A stretch of 63,503 bases of DNA, filler included, from Actinomycetota bacterium (GTDB lineage Bacteria > Actinomycetota > Acidimicrobiia > Spongiisociales > UBA4744), in the NCBI GenBank assembly GCA_013152275.1. It is 5 parts of 5 records of this genome, joined end to end, with 100 filler letters (N's around TTAATTAATTAA, not from the genome) between each part and the next. Parts side by side here need not be neighbours in the genome. Positions count along the whole stretch, not along the records: positions 7,906 to 38,043 come from JAADGS010000025.1; 4 more parts are not named here. One strand, given 5' to 3'. The notes beneath the pieces were generated by a model that saw only the letters and a list, made by a program, of their open reading frames with translations, was not told the origin of the DNA and did not search any database. Position 1 is the stretch's first letter. Each line of letters begins with the position of its first letter. Both the position numbers and the translations under genes were made by a program. Shown piece by piece: positions 19,892 to 29,171 of this stretch.

Positions 19892-21445
19892 GTGGCCAGT
19901 CGACGTCGGATCGCACGGTGGCTGGGCGCCGCCGCAGTCGTCGGTTCGCTGATCGGCGGGTGCGCCCAGGAGTCGCCGGCACCCGTCATCAATCCGACGT
20001 CGGCATCGATGGTCACGCCGCCGCCGGTACCCGGTGCCACGACCGCCGCCATTACCACGACCATGGTCGCCTCGACGACCACGGCCTTCCGGCCGGTCGA
20101 GATCGTCGACGACGTGCGGGAGTGGGCGACGCTCGGCACGTCACTCCTCGATGCGGAACCTCCGTCCGACTTCGACGGCCAGGTGCTCGTGTTCGATCGT
20201 CGCGGGGCCGAGTACCAGGGGCAGGCGCTCTGGGCGTACGACGGGACGCGCGCCTACGAGCTGCATCGGACCCCGCCGTCCTGGATCATCAACGACGCGT
20301 GGGTGGACGACGGCCGGGTCGCGCTCCTCGAGTACGAGGATCGGACAGGGGAGTACCGGCTGTGGGTATTCGATCTCCGATCCGGTAGCGGTACCGTTAT
20401 CGAGAAGCGTACCGAGCCGGCCGGCCCGCCGGCGGTCGTTCCCCTCATGCATCTGAACGGTTCGTGGCTTGTGTGGTTCACGGACGCCCCAGAAGGTGAC
20501 CGGCTGTGTGTCCGGGTCCGGAACCTCGACACTGGGGAGGTCCTCGACGCTCATTGCGCCGATGATCCATCGATAGCGTTCGGCCCTCCACGGATCGACT
20601 GGCCCATCGTCGCGTTCACGGAGACGGCGGATGGGTCGTCGAACGAGTCCTGCGGGTCGCTGGACGTCGTGCATCTCCCCGATGGAAAGCTCACCCGCTA
20701 TGAGGCGAGGCACTGCGGTGTCTTCGACGGCGCGGCGAGCGGCAAGACGGTTGCGTGGACGGACCAGCCGGCCCCGTTTCGCAACGAGGCGGGCGAGTCG
20801 GGCGTCGACTACTGGGACGTGCCGGTTTTCGGTGTCGAGGATGGTGACGTCGTCGGCTTGGGGCACGGTGTCGCCGGGTCGGTGATGGCGTGCGACGGTA
20901 TTGCCTATTGGCTCTACGGTGGCGGGAAGGACTCTTCCGAGATCCGCGCCTGGCAGCCCGGAGGGCCGGTCCGGACCATCTACCGGACTCCGGACGAAGG
21001 CTTCGGACGCCGGTACGCGTTGACGAGGCCGGGGTGCCACGGAGATGTCGTGACCGCCGAACAGGCGGGCTGGCAGGCCGACGCCCCCGAGGAGTTCCTC
21101 GTCATGGGTGATACTCCCTCGGGGTGGACGGTGTTCACCTCGGTTCCGCCGACCACCGCGTTCGAGGCGACCCCGGACACCTACATCCAGGAGGTGCGGG
21201 TGGCCCAGACCGCCGAGTCCTGGTCGGCCGACCTGTCGGATCAGGATCTCGTGGATCTGGCGAAGGGGGTCTGCGCGAACCTCGAGAGGCAGCCGTCGCC
21301 AGGCGACATGCAGCAGGTGTTCTTCTCGACGGAGGGGCCTCGCGTGATGACCCAAACGGGCATGACCGAACCAGAGTTCAACAGCTGGGCGAGGATCGCG
21401 TTCCGGTCCTACTGTCCTGCCGCCCTCGTGGTGTTCGAGCAGTAG
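19892..21445 (+). CDS. Lipoprotein with beta-rich core and C-terminal DUF732-like domain
   Basis: Lipobox-like IGGC, Thr-rich linker, C-terminal LAKGVCANL...YCP. Confidence 0.75.
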   Translation: MASRRRIARWLGAAAVVGSLIGGCAQESPAPVINPTSASMVTPPPVPGATTAAITTTMVASTTTAFRPVEIVDDVREWATLGTSLLDAEPPSDFDGQVLVFDRRGAEYQGQALWAYDGTRAYELHRTPPSWIINDAWVDDGRVALLEYEDRTGEYRLWVFDLRSGSGTVIEKRTEPAGPPAVVPLMHLNGSWLVWFTDAPEGDRLCVRVRNLDTGEVLDAHCADDPSIAFGPPRIDWPIVAFTETADGSSNESCGSLDVVHLPDGKLTRYEARHCGVFDGAASGKTVAWTDQPAPFRNEAGESGVDYWDVPVFGVEDGDVVGLGHGVAGSVMACDGIAYWLYGGGKDSSEIRAWQPGGPVRTIYRTPDEGFGRRYALTRPGCHGDVVTAEQAGWQADAPEEFLVMGDTPSGWTVFTSVPPTTAFEATPDTYIQEVRVAQTAESWSADLSDQDLVDLAKGVCANLERQPSPGDMQQVFFSTEGPRVMTQTGMTEPEFNSWARIAFRSYCPAALVVFEQ

Positions 21446-21472
21446 GGCAACTGCGGTCGCGGGCCGGCGACA

Positions 21473-21540
21473 CCGCCCGGGTGCCGGGGCACGACATCGA
21501 CATGCCGAGGAACCTGGCCAAGAGCGTCACGGTGGAGTGA
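21473..21540 (+). repeat. Duplicate of glmS 3' end (attR-like)
   Basis: 21473-21538 matches 19415-19480 at 64/66, with 49 bp perfect. Confidence 0.92.
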
Positions 21541-21601
21541 CGCTGTCGCGGCGGTGACGGGGCAGGCTGTCTTTCGGGCGGCGAGACGGTAGCGTGGCCC
21601 C

Positions 21602-21979
21602 ATGCGTGTCATCGGTCTCGGAATCGACCTGGCCGAGATTGCCAGGGTGCAACGGTTGCTGGAGAAGTACCCGCGGTTTCCCGAGCGAGTGTTCACCGAC
21701 CATGAGCGCGCCTACGCGTCACGGTACGCAAACCCTGCGAGTCGGTTCGCCGCCCGCTTCGCCGGCAAGGAGGCGGTGATGAAGAGCCTCGGTGTCGGAT
21801 GGCGGCACGTCGGATGGAAGGACATCGAGATCACCGGCGGGGGCCGGCCCCGGGTGAACCTTTCCGGACGCGCCCTGGCCCGAGCCGAACGGCTGGGGGT
21901 CACCGAGGTGCTGGTCACGATCACCCACACCGACGACACGGCCATGGTCTTCGCGATGGCCCTCGAACAGGCCGAGTAA
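21602..21979 (+). CDS. acpS: Holo-ACP synthase
   Basis: GIDL, RFAGKEAVMKSLG, ITH. Confidence 0.95.
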   Translation: MRVIGLGIDLAEIARVQRLLEKYPRFPERVFTDHERAYASRYANPASRFAARFAGKEAVMKSLGVGWRHVGWKDIEITGGGRPRVNLSGRALARAERLGVTEVLVTITHTDDTAMVFAMALEQAE

Positions 21980-22040
21980 CCGTTGAACCCAGGGCTCGTA
22001 GGGGTCGCCACGACCCCCCTGAGCCCTGGGTTCAACGGTT
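21978..22040. repeat. Palindromic REP-like element copy 1
   Basis: 20-bp perfect outer inverted repeat around GTAG-GGGTCG-CCA-CGACCC. Confidence 0.85.
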
Positions 22041-22042
22041 TG

Positions 22043-22423
22043 TCACCGATCGAGGCGGTTTCGGAGCTCCTCGATCCTTGCGCGGAGTGCCGGCATGTTG
22101 TTCCACCGCTCATGGACCGCTCGGAGATACTGGACGTCCCGAGGCTCCAGTCCGCCCCCCGATGGGCTGCCGCCTCCCAGCGACGTCCTCGCCTTCTTGA
22201 TTTGCTGGGATACGAGCTGTTCGAGCTGTCGTTCAAGGGTCGCCAGCTCTTCCTCGAGCATGGCCCGTCCTTGCGGATGCGCGGAGAAGCGTGCCTGGAC
22301 ACGCTCTCGCAGGTCGGCTTGCTCTGCTTCGAGCGCATCACGCATCGAGGGATCGGGGTCGTTCGCCAGTCGGGTGGCGATGGCGGCGAGCCGCTCGCGC
22401 AGTTGGTCGATCGTTGGGTCCAT
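22043..22423 (-). CDS. Coiled-coil hypothetical protein
   Basis: Heptad-rich ORF between two palindromes; TATCGT -10 just upstream. Confidence 0.65.
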   Translation of the reverse strand: MDPTIDQLRERLAAIATRLANDPDPSMRDALEAEQADLRERVQARFSAHPQGRAMLEEELATLERQLEQLVSQQIKKARTSLGGGSPSGGGLEPRDVQYLRAVHERWNNMPALRARIEELRNRLDR

Positions 22424-22439
22424 CGCCATTCACGATACC

Positions 22440-22496
22440 TCTTGAACCCAGGGCTCGTAGGGGTCGTGGCGACCCCCCTGAGCCCTGGGTTCAAGA
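22440..22496. repeat. Palindromic REP-like element copy 2
   Basis: Same element as 21978-22040, loop TGG. Confidence 0.85.
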
Positions 22497-22536
22497 CGCA
22501 CTCACCATGGCGGGCTCCCAGGTACCATCGACACCG

Positions 22537-23946
22537 ATGCAACCTGTGCTTACCCCCGCCGCATCGGCACGCCTCGACGCCGCCTCGTCGGATCCCGGCC
22601 CCGTGCTCATGGAACGAGCCGGCCTGGGCGTCGCCCTCGCCGCGGTGAGAATGGGAGCCCGGTACGGAGCCAGAGCGATCGTTTTGGCCGGACCCGGCAA
22701 CAACGGCGGCGACGGTTATGTTGCCGCCCGTTATCTGCACCGGCGCGGCGTCGCCGTGCAGGTGCATGCGCTTGCCGAGCCGAAGACGCCCGACGCCGAA
22801 TGGGCGCACGCGGGAGCGGTCGATGAAGGCGTCTCGGTCCGTTCGATCGGAGTACCGCAGCCCGCCGATCTGATCATCGATGCAGTCTTCGGCGCGGGCT
22901 TTCGCGGGAGTCTTCCCGACGTCCTCATTCCGTGGACCGAGACCGACATGCCGGTCCTTGCCGTCGACATCCCCAGCGGCCTCGACGGCACCACCGGCCG
23001 CGTCGAAGGGTCCGTCTTTACGGCGACCACCACCGTGACTTTCCACAGTCCGAAGGTCGGCCAGATCATCGGTCGCGGTCCGGACGTTTGCGGACGTCTC
23101 GAAGTGCGCGACATCGGGCTTGTCGGTGGGGACGCAACGTTCCTGCTTACGGAGGAGAGTGACGCACCCCGGCCGGAGAGGGCGCGTACCGCCCACAAGT
23201 GGTCTGCCGGGTCGGTCCTCGTGGTCGGCGGCTCACCGGGGATGACCGGCGCTCCTCTTCTGGCCGCCCGATCCGCGCTGCACGCCGGAGCAGGGTCGGT
23301 CTCGATCGCTTGCCCCGGAGCGTTGCAGACCGTCTACGCGGGGGCCGCTCCAGAGCTGCTCACGACGGGAATCGGCAGCGGAGTTCGGTTCGAGCAGGCC
23401 GATGCCCAGACCGTCGCCGCGGCCGCGGAACGCTTCGACCTGATCGCCCTCGGTCCCGGTCTTGGTCGCGGCCGGGAAGGCTTCGTCACCTCACTGCTCG
23501 AAGCCTGGGACGGTCCGCTGCTCATCGACGCCGACGGGATCAATGCGCTCTCCGGTCCGGAGGCGCTCGCAGAGCGCCCGTCCCCGACAGTCATCACGCC
23601 GCACGTCGGGGAATTCCGCCGCCTCACCAACATGGACGCGACCTACGAACACGCAGCCGAGCTTGCCGCCGCGGCCGGCACCGTCGTCGTCCTCAAAGGA
23701 TCACCGACGTTCGTGATGGGGGCGGAGCGCTGGGTCGTGACGAGCGGAGGCCCCGAGCTCGCGACGATCGGCACCGGTGACGTGCTCACCGGGCTTCTCG
23801 CAGCGCTGTGGGCGAGGGGCCTCGACGCCGAAACGGCGGCACGCTCCGCGGCGTACTGGCACGGTCGCGCGGGAGCTCGTCTTGGTGCGAGAGAGACGGT
23901 GACTGCAGATCTCCTGGCAACGGAAGTCGGGAAGATCGCATGGTGA
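22537..23946 (+). CDS. nnr: Bifunctional NAD(P)H-hydrate epimerase/dehydratase
   Basis: LMERAG, GPGNNGGDG, DIPSG, GPGLG, TPH.GEF, GTGDVL. Confidence 0.93.
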   Translation: MQPVLTPAASARLDAASSDPGPVLMERAGLGVALAAVRMGARYGARAIVLAGPGNNGGDGYVAARYLHRRGVAVQVHALAEPKTPDAEWAHAGAVDEGVSVRSIGVPQPADLIIDAVFGAGFRGSLPDVLIPWTETDMPVLAVDIPSGLDGTTGRVEGSVFTATTTVTFHSPKVGQIIGRGPDVCGRLEVRDIGLVGGDATFLLTEESDAPRPERARTAHKWSAGSVLVVGGSPGMTGAPLLAARSALHAGAGSVSIACPGALQTVYAGAAPELLTTGIGSGVRFEQADAQTVAAAAERFDLIALGPGLGRGREGFVTSLLEAWDGPLLIDADGINALSGPEALAERPSPTVITPHVGEFRRLTNMDATYEHAAELAAAAGTVVVLKGSPTFVMGAERWVVTSGGPELATIGTGDVLTGLLAALWARGLDAETAARSAAYWHGRAGARLGARETVTADLLATEVGKIAW

Positions 23947-25034
23947 GACCCTCGTGGGCCGAGATCGACCTCGGCGCCGTCGCAGACAACGTGCGGACAC
24001 TGGGCAAACTCGTCGCTCCGGCGACTGTGTGCGCGGTCGTGAAAGCAGACGGATACGGGCATGGTGACGTGCCCGTTGCCGAAGCCGCCATCGGCGCCGG
24101 AGCAGACATGCTCGCCGTTGCGCTGGTCGAAGAGGGAATCCGCCTGCGCGAGGCGGGAATAGAGGCCCCGGTGCTGCTGCTGTCGGAGCCTCCGGTACAG
24201 GGTGCCGCCGAGGTCATCCGCTGGAACCTCACGCCGACCGTGTATCGGACGGAGTTCGCCGCAGCGCTCTCGGAAGTGACTCCAAGGACGGTTCCGGTGC
24301 ATGTCAAGGTCGACACCGGTATGCATCGCGTCGGCGTGGCGACCGACGACACGCCGGACCTCATCAGGAGAGTCGTCGCCGACCCGAACCTGCGGCTCGA
24401 CGGCGTGTGGACCCACCTGGCCGTCGCCGACGAGGACGATCTCTTCACCGAAGAGCAGCTGGAACGATTCGCGAGGGTCTTGGCAGATCTCGACACGCTC
24501 GGGATCGACATCCCCATCCGGCATGCGGCGAACACGGCGGGTGCCATTCGTTATCCCCCGGCGCGTTTGGACATGGTGCGTATCGGCATCGGCATCTATG
24601 GGATCAACCCTGCGCCGGATCTCATCACCGACGTTCCGTTGCGTCCGGCGATGCGGATCGTCTCCGAGGTGGCGATGGTTCGACGGTATCCGGCCGGGAT
24701 TCGACCCTCCTACGGGCGTCGGCGTGCGCTCCCCAAGGAGGCAACGGTGGTCACCGTTCCCATCGGCTACGCCGACGGCTTGCCGAGATCCCTTGCCTCC
24801 GAGGGCGAAGTGCTGATCGGAGGCCGGCGGCATCGACTCGCCGGCAACGTCACGATGGATCAGATCCTTGTCGACGTCGGCGACACGTCGGTGAAGGTCG
24901 GAGATGAAGTCGTGCTGATCGGGAGCCAGAACGGAGACGAGATCACCGCGACCGAATGGGCCGAACATCTCGGGACGATCGCGTACGAGATCGTCTGTCA
25001 GATCGGTCCGCGGCTGCCGAGGAGGTATCTGTGA
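23940..25034 (+). CDS. alr: Alanine racemase
   Basis: AVVKADGYGHG, DTGMHRVG, GYADG. Confidence 0.97.
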   Translation: MVRPSWAEIDLGAVADNVRTLGKLVAPATVCAVVKADGYGHGDVPVAEAAIGAGADMLAVALVEEGIRLREAGIEAPVLLLSEPPVQGAAEVIRWNLTPTVYRTEFAAALSEVTPRTVPVHVKVDTGMHRVGVATDDTPDLIRRVVADPNLRLDGVWTHLAVADEDDLFTEEQLERFARVLADLDTLGIDIPIRHAANTAGAIRYPPARLDMVRIGIGIYGINPAPDLITDVPLRPAMRIVSEVAMVRRYPAGIRPSYGRRRALPKEATVVTVPIGYADGLPRSLASEGEVLIGGRRHRLAGNVTMDQILVDVGDTSVKVGDEVVLIGSQNGDEITATEWAEHLGTIAYEIVCQIGPRLPRRYL

Positions 25035-25918
25035 CCACGATCACTGCGGTTCCCGGGATCCGTGTCGGCCATTGGACCGACACCGAAGCAAAGACCGGCT
25101 GCACCGTCGTGTCGCTCCCGGAGCCGAACGTCGTTGCGATCGAGATCCGCGGCGCCGCGCCAGGGACCAGGGAGAGCGCCCTGCTGGCGCCGGGGATGAG
25201 CGTCGAAACCGTCCAGGCGATTCTGTTGACCGGAGGTTCGGCGTTCGGCCTCGCTGCCGCGGACGGTGTGATGAGAGAGCTCGAAGCCGAAGGTCGCGGG
25301 TATCCGACTCCGACAGGTCCGGTTCCCATCGTGCCGGCTGCGGTGATCTACGACCTGCTCACCGGCGACCCTTCCATCCGGCCCGGGCCCGACGAAGGCG
25401 CGGCGGCCTACCGTGCAGCGTCCGATCGAGCCGTCGAATCGGGCCCGATCGGTGCGGGTGCCGGAGCGCTGGTCGCCGGGTGGCGAGGGGCGTTCCAACC
25501 CGGCGGGCTCGGATCCGCCGCCGTGACCGCCGGTGACGCGACCGTGGCCACACTGGCCGTCGTCAACGCCGTCGGGGATGTCTTCACCCTTTCGGGCACA
25601 CCACTCACCGGAGGCTCGGCAGAGCCGGGGCCGCCCGTGATCCCGCCGGTACCCAACACCAACACGACGCTCATCGTCGTGGCCACCGACGCCGAGCTCA
25701 CCCGCTCCGAGCTGACCAGAGTCGCCGTTCGCGCGCAAGATTCTCTCGCTGTGTGCGTCAGACCGTCGCATACTCGATATGATGGCGATGCCGCGTTCGC
25801 GGTCTCCTGCGGGAATGTTCAGGCCGACGTCGATGCCGTCGCCGAAGGAGCGTTTGCCGCGACGGGGTATGCGATCCAGGCGGCGCTGACATGGCGGAAG
25901 ACGACTGAGGACACGTGA
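25031..25918 (+). CDS. P1 family (DmpA/S58) peptidase
   Basis: GIRVGH, TGCTV, GGSAFGL, NTTL, DGD. Confidence 0.9.
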   Translation: MTTITAVPGIRVGHWTDTEAKTGCTVVSLPEPNVVAIEIRGAAPGTRESALLAPGMSVETVQAILLTGGSAFGLAAADGVMRELEAEGRGYPTPTGPVPIVPAAVIYDLLTGDPSIRPGPDEGAAAYRAASDRAVESGPIGAGAGALVAGWRGAFQPGGLGSAAVTAGDATVATLAVVNAVGDVFTLSGTPLTGGSAEPGPPVIPPVPNTNTTLIVVATDAELTRSELTRVAVRAQDSLAVCVRPSHTRYDGDAAFAVSCGNVQADVDAVAEGAFAATGYAIQAALTWRKTTEDT

Positions 25919-26526
25919 CGGACGCACACGAGGCACTTCGAGAACTCGAGGAACGCGCCCGTGCCTGCACGGCGTGTCGACTCGCCGAGACCAGAACCAC
26001 CGTAGTGTTCGGTGACGGCTCTGCGGACGCCCGCGTCATGTTCGTCGGGGAAGGCCCTGGAAGGAACGAGGACCTACAAGGCGTACCGTTCGTCGGGGCG
26101 GCCGGGCAGCTTCTGAACCGTCTCCTCGAAGAGGTCGACCTCCGACGCGAAGACGTGTACATCGCCAACGTCGTCAAGTGCCGTCCTCCCGGAAACCGGG
26201 ACCCGAAGCCGGACGAGATCGAAGCCTGCAAAGGGTATCTTGCCGGGCAGATCCAGCTCATCGATCCCGACGTGGTCTCGACGCTCGGCAACTTCGCCAC
26301 CAAGCTGTTGCTCAAGCAGGAGATGGGCATCACGAGACTTCGCGGCCATGCGTACCCTTGGTGGAATCGCACCGTCGTTCCGACGTTTCATCCGGCTGCG
26401 GCACTGCGCGGAGGCGAGTCGGTCTTGAGTCGTATGCGCGAGGACTTCTTGCTGATCGAAGGGGTACTGTCCAGGACGGCCGAGGTGGAAGAGGAAGAAC
26501 CCGAGCAACTGGGACTGTTCGGATGA
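25915..26526 (+). CDS. Uracil-DNA glycosylase family 4
   Basis: CxxC, GEGPG, KCRPP, HPAA. Confidence 0.93.
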   Translation: MTDAHEALRELEERARACTACRLAETRTTVVFGDGSADARVMFVGEGPGRNEDLQGVPFVGAAGQLLNRLLEEVDLRREDVYIANVVKCRPPGNRDPKPDEIEACKGYLAGQIQLIDPDVVSTLGNFATKLLLKQEMGITRLRGHAYPWWNRTVVPTFHPAAALRGGESVLSRMREDFLLIEGVLSRTAEVEEEEPEQLGLFG

Positions 26527-26978
26527 ACATAACGTCATCTTCTGAAGTGGAGACCCGGTCGGCAGGCCGCCGTCTCGCCAGCCTCCTCCGGCCCAACGAT
26601 GTCGTGCTGCTCTGCGGGGAACTCGGATCCGGCAAGACGGCATTTGTGGCAGGCCTCGCCGAAGGTCTCGGTGTCGAAGACCAGGTGACCAGCCCCAGCT
26701 TCGTGCTCGTTCGCCGCTACCAGGGAGGCTTCATCCCTCTCATCCATGCGGACGTCTATCGGCTCGGGTCTCTGAACGAACTGTCGGACCTCGATCTGCT
26801 CGACGAGGCCGACGACGCAATCCTCGCCGTCGAGTGGGGTGACGCCGTGGAGTCGGCGATGCCAGGCGAGTATCTGCGGGTGCAGTTCGAGGTCGAAGAG
26901 AATGGGCTTCGCCGGATCAGTCTCGTAGGTCATGGGCCGGCATGGACCGATCGGAGCCTCGAGGATGTGTTCGAATGA
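26523..26978 (+). CDS. tsaE: t6A biosynthesis ATPase
   Basis: GELGSGKT, VTSPSF, HADVYRL, VEWG. Confidence 0.95.
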   Translation: MNITSSSEVETRSAGRRLASLLRPNDVVLLCGELGSGKTAFVAGLAEGLGVEDQVTSPSFVLVRRYQGGFIPLIHADVYRLGSLNELSDLDLLDEADDAILAVEWGDAVESAMPGEYLRVQFEVEENGLRRISLVGHGPAWTDRSLEDVFE

Positions 26979-27688
26979 AACTGCTTGCAATCGAGACCGC
27001 CACGCCTGCCTCTTCCGTCGCGCTCGGAGAGGATCGGTGCACGGTCGCGTCGGCCGCCAAAGTCGATCGTAGAGGTCACGCAGCGTTCATCGTTTCCGCT
27101 CTCGACTATCTCTTCGACCAGGCCGGATGGGTTCCCGCCGACGTAGATGCCATTGCGATCGATATCGGACCCGGTCTGTACACGGGCATTCGGGTCGGTC
27201 TGGCCACTGCTCAGGGTCTCGCCGCCAGCCTCGGTGTCCCCCTCGTCCCGATCGTTTCGCTGGACGCCGTTGCCCTCGAAGCGACGACCGGTCACCGCCA
27301 TATCTGGTCCGTCATCGATGTGCGCCGTGGGGAGGTGGCCGTCGCGTCATACCAACCGGTTCCCGGGGGAGTCGTGCGAGATGGCGACCCCAGGATCGTC
27401 ACTCCGAACCACCTGCGCGCCCTGCTCGAGTCGGATCCCCAGAATGCTCTCGTTGTCGGCGACTGGGAGATCCTCGACGAAACCGTGCTCCGAGGGTTGC
27501 ATCGGATCAAGGCCGGCCGCCCTCGCTACCCGTCGGCAGAGGCGCTCCTCGGTCTGGCGGTCGGACCGGTGGAACGCCAGGAGTTTCCGTCCAATAGCGA
27601 CGTTCGGCCGCTCTATCTGAGAGAGCCGGACGTGAACATCAACTGGGCACAGTTCCGCAGGGAGGTGCCGTGGTCGGAGTTGCCATGA
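26975..27688 (+). CDS. tsaB: t6A biosynthesis protein
   Basis: LAIETAT, GPGLYTGIRVG, PLYLR. Confidence 0.95.
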   Translation: MKLLAIETATPASSVALGEDRCTVASAAKVDRRGHAAFIVSALDYLFDQAGWVPADVDAIAIDIGPGLYTGIRVGLATAQGLAASLGVPLVPIVSLDAVALEATTGHRHIWSVIDVRRGEVAVASYQPVPGGVVRDGDPRIVTPNHLRALLESDPQNALVVGDWEILDETVLRGLHRIKAGRPRYPSAEALLGLAVGPVERQEFPSNSDVRPLYLREPDVNINWAQFRREVPWSELP

Positions 27689-28167
27689 CGAGCATCCGCC
27701 CGATGGTGGTCGAGGACGTGCCGGCAGTGTTGGCGCTGGAAAGGGAGACGTTCGCCCAGCCATGGGATGAAGAGATCTTGCGCAGTGAGGTGGTTGCCGC
27801 CAATCGTGTCTACCTGGTCGCCGAAGGTCCGGACGGGACGATCAACGGCTATGGAGGCCTGCTCTTGAACGGAGACGAGGCCCACGTCGTCACACTTGCG
27901 ACATCGCTACGGGGACGTGGCCTGGGGACCAGGCTCATGCTCGGGCTGGTCGAGGCCGGTCTCGACCTTGGGGCTCATCATCTCACCCTCGAAGTGCGGG
28001 CATCGAATCGGACCGCACAGGAGCTGTACCGCAAGTTCGGGATGGCGCCGGTCGGCATTCGCAAGGAGTACTACACCGATGAAGACGCACTTGTGATGTG
28101 GGCACCCGACGTTGCCATGCCCGAGTACCGGGCCCGGCTCGACGAGATCCGAAGGAGTCTGCAATGA
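27685..28167 (+). CDS. rimI: Ribosomal protein S18 N-acetyltransferase
   Basis: RGRGLG, LEVRASN, DALVM; tsaB-rimI-tsaD context. Confidence 0.92.
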   Translation: MTSIRPMVVEDVPAVLALERETFAQPWDEEILRSEVVAANRVYLVAEGPDGTINGYGGLLLNGDEAHVVTLATSLRGRGLGTRLMLGLVEAGLDLGAHHLTLEVRASNRTAQELYRKFGMAPVGIRKEYYTDEDALVMWAPDVAMPEYRARLDEIRRSLQ

Positions 28168-29171
28168 GCGGCGGCCCTGTCGTCCTGGCTTTCGAAACGA
28201 GTTGTGACGAGACTGGTGTGGCGGTTGTGCGAGGCACCGAGATCCTCTCCAACATCCTCGCGTCACAGACGGAGATCCACGCGCGGTTCGGCGGTGTCGT
28301 TCCCGAGGTCGCGGCAAGGGCACACGTCGAGTCGATCCGCTCGCTGACCCATCGGGCACTTGGCGAGGCGGGAGTACATCCCGACGATCTCGACGGCGTC
28401 GCGGCAACCCAAGGCCCCGGGCTCGTCGGCGCGCTGTTGGTGGGGTTCTCGTTCGCCAAGGCGACGGCATGGGCGCGAAGCATTCCGTTCGTGGGGATCG
28501 ACCACATGGAAGGGCACTTGATGGCTCCAAGGCTTCAGCACACCGACTTCGAGCCTCCGGCGGTCGTGATCCTCGCTTCCGGCGGCCACAGCCAGATCGT
28601 GCACGTTCCCCGCTGGGGCGAGTACAAGGTGCTCGGCAGGACGATCGACGATGCGTCCGGCGAGGCATTCGACAAGCTGGCACGGTTCATGGGTCTGGGC
28701 TACCCGGGAGGGCCGGCGATCGACAAGGCATCCGAGGACGGAGATCCACGAGCGCTGAAGTTCCCTCGAGCCCTCGCCGATCGACGCTACGACTTCTCGT
28801 TCTCGGGTCTCAAGACCTCCGTCGTGACGTTTATCAAGAAAGCGAGTGCCGCCGGCACGCTACCGCCCCTGGCCGACGTGGCCGCCTCCATCCAGGAGGC
28901 GATCGTCGACGTGCTCGTGACCAAGACCTTCAACGCCGTCGAGGACACCGGCGCGGAGACGGTGGCAGGCGGTGGCGGCGTGCTTTCGAACCGGAGGCTG
29001 CGGGCCAGGATGCAGGAGGAGGCGGATCGACGCGGTGTACGCCTTCTCCTTCCCGACCCGATTCTGTGCACCGACAACGCGGCGATGATCGGTGCTGCCG
29101 GCGCCTATCACCTCACCGAAGGTCACTTCTCCGACTGGGGATCTTCGGTCGATCCGTCCATGACGCTATGA
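28164..29171 (+). CDS. tsaD: tRNA threonylcarbamoyltransferase
   Basis: ETSCDET, HMEGH, SGGH, GEAFDK, DNAAMI. Confidence 0.97.
   Translation: MSGGPVVLAFETSCDETGVAVVRGTEILSNILASQTEIHARFGGVVPEVAARAHVESIRSLTHRALGEAGVHPDDLDGVAATQGPGLVGALLVGFSFAKATAWARSIPFVGIDHMEGHLMAPRLQHTDFEPPAVVILASGGHSQIVHVPRWGEYKVLGRTIDDASGEAFDKLARFMGLGYPGGPAIDKASEDGDPRALKFPRALADRRYDFSFSGLKTSVVTFIKKASAAGTLPPLADVAASIQEAIVDVLVTKTFNAVEDTGAETVAGGGGVLSNRRLRARMQEEADRRGVRLLLPDPILCTDNAAMIGAAGAYHLTEGHFSDWGSSVDPSMTL

Noticed and set aside
19483..21472. Tn7 insertion at glmS
   Set aside because: No tns genes or Tn7 ends; the duplication is 66 bp of coding sequence, not 5 bp
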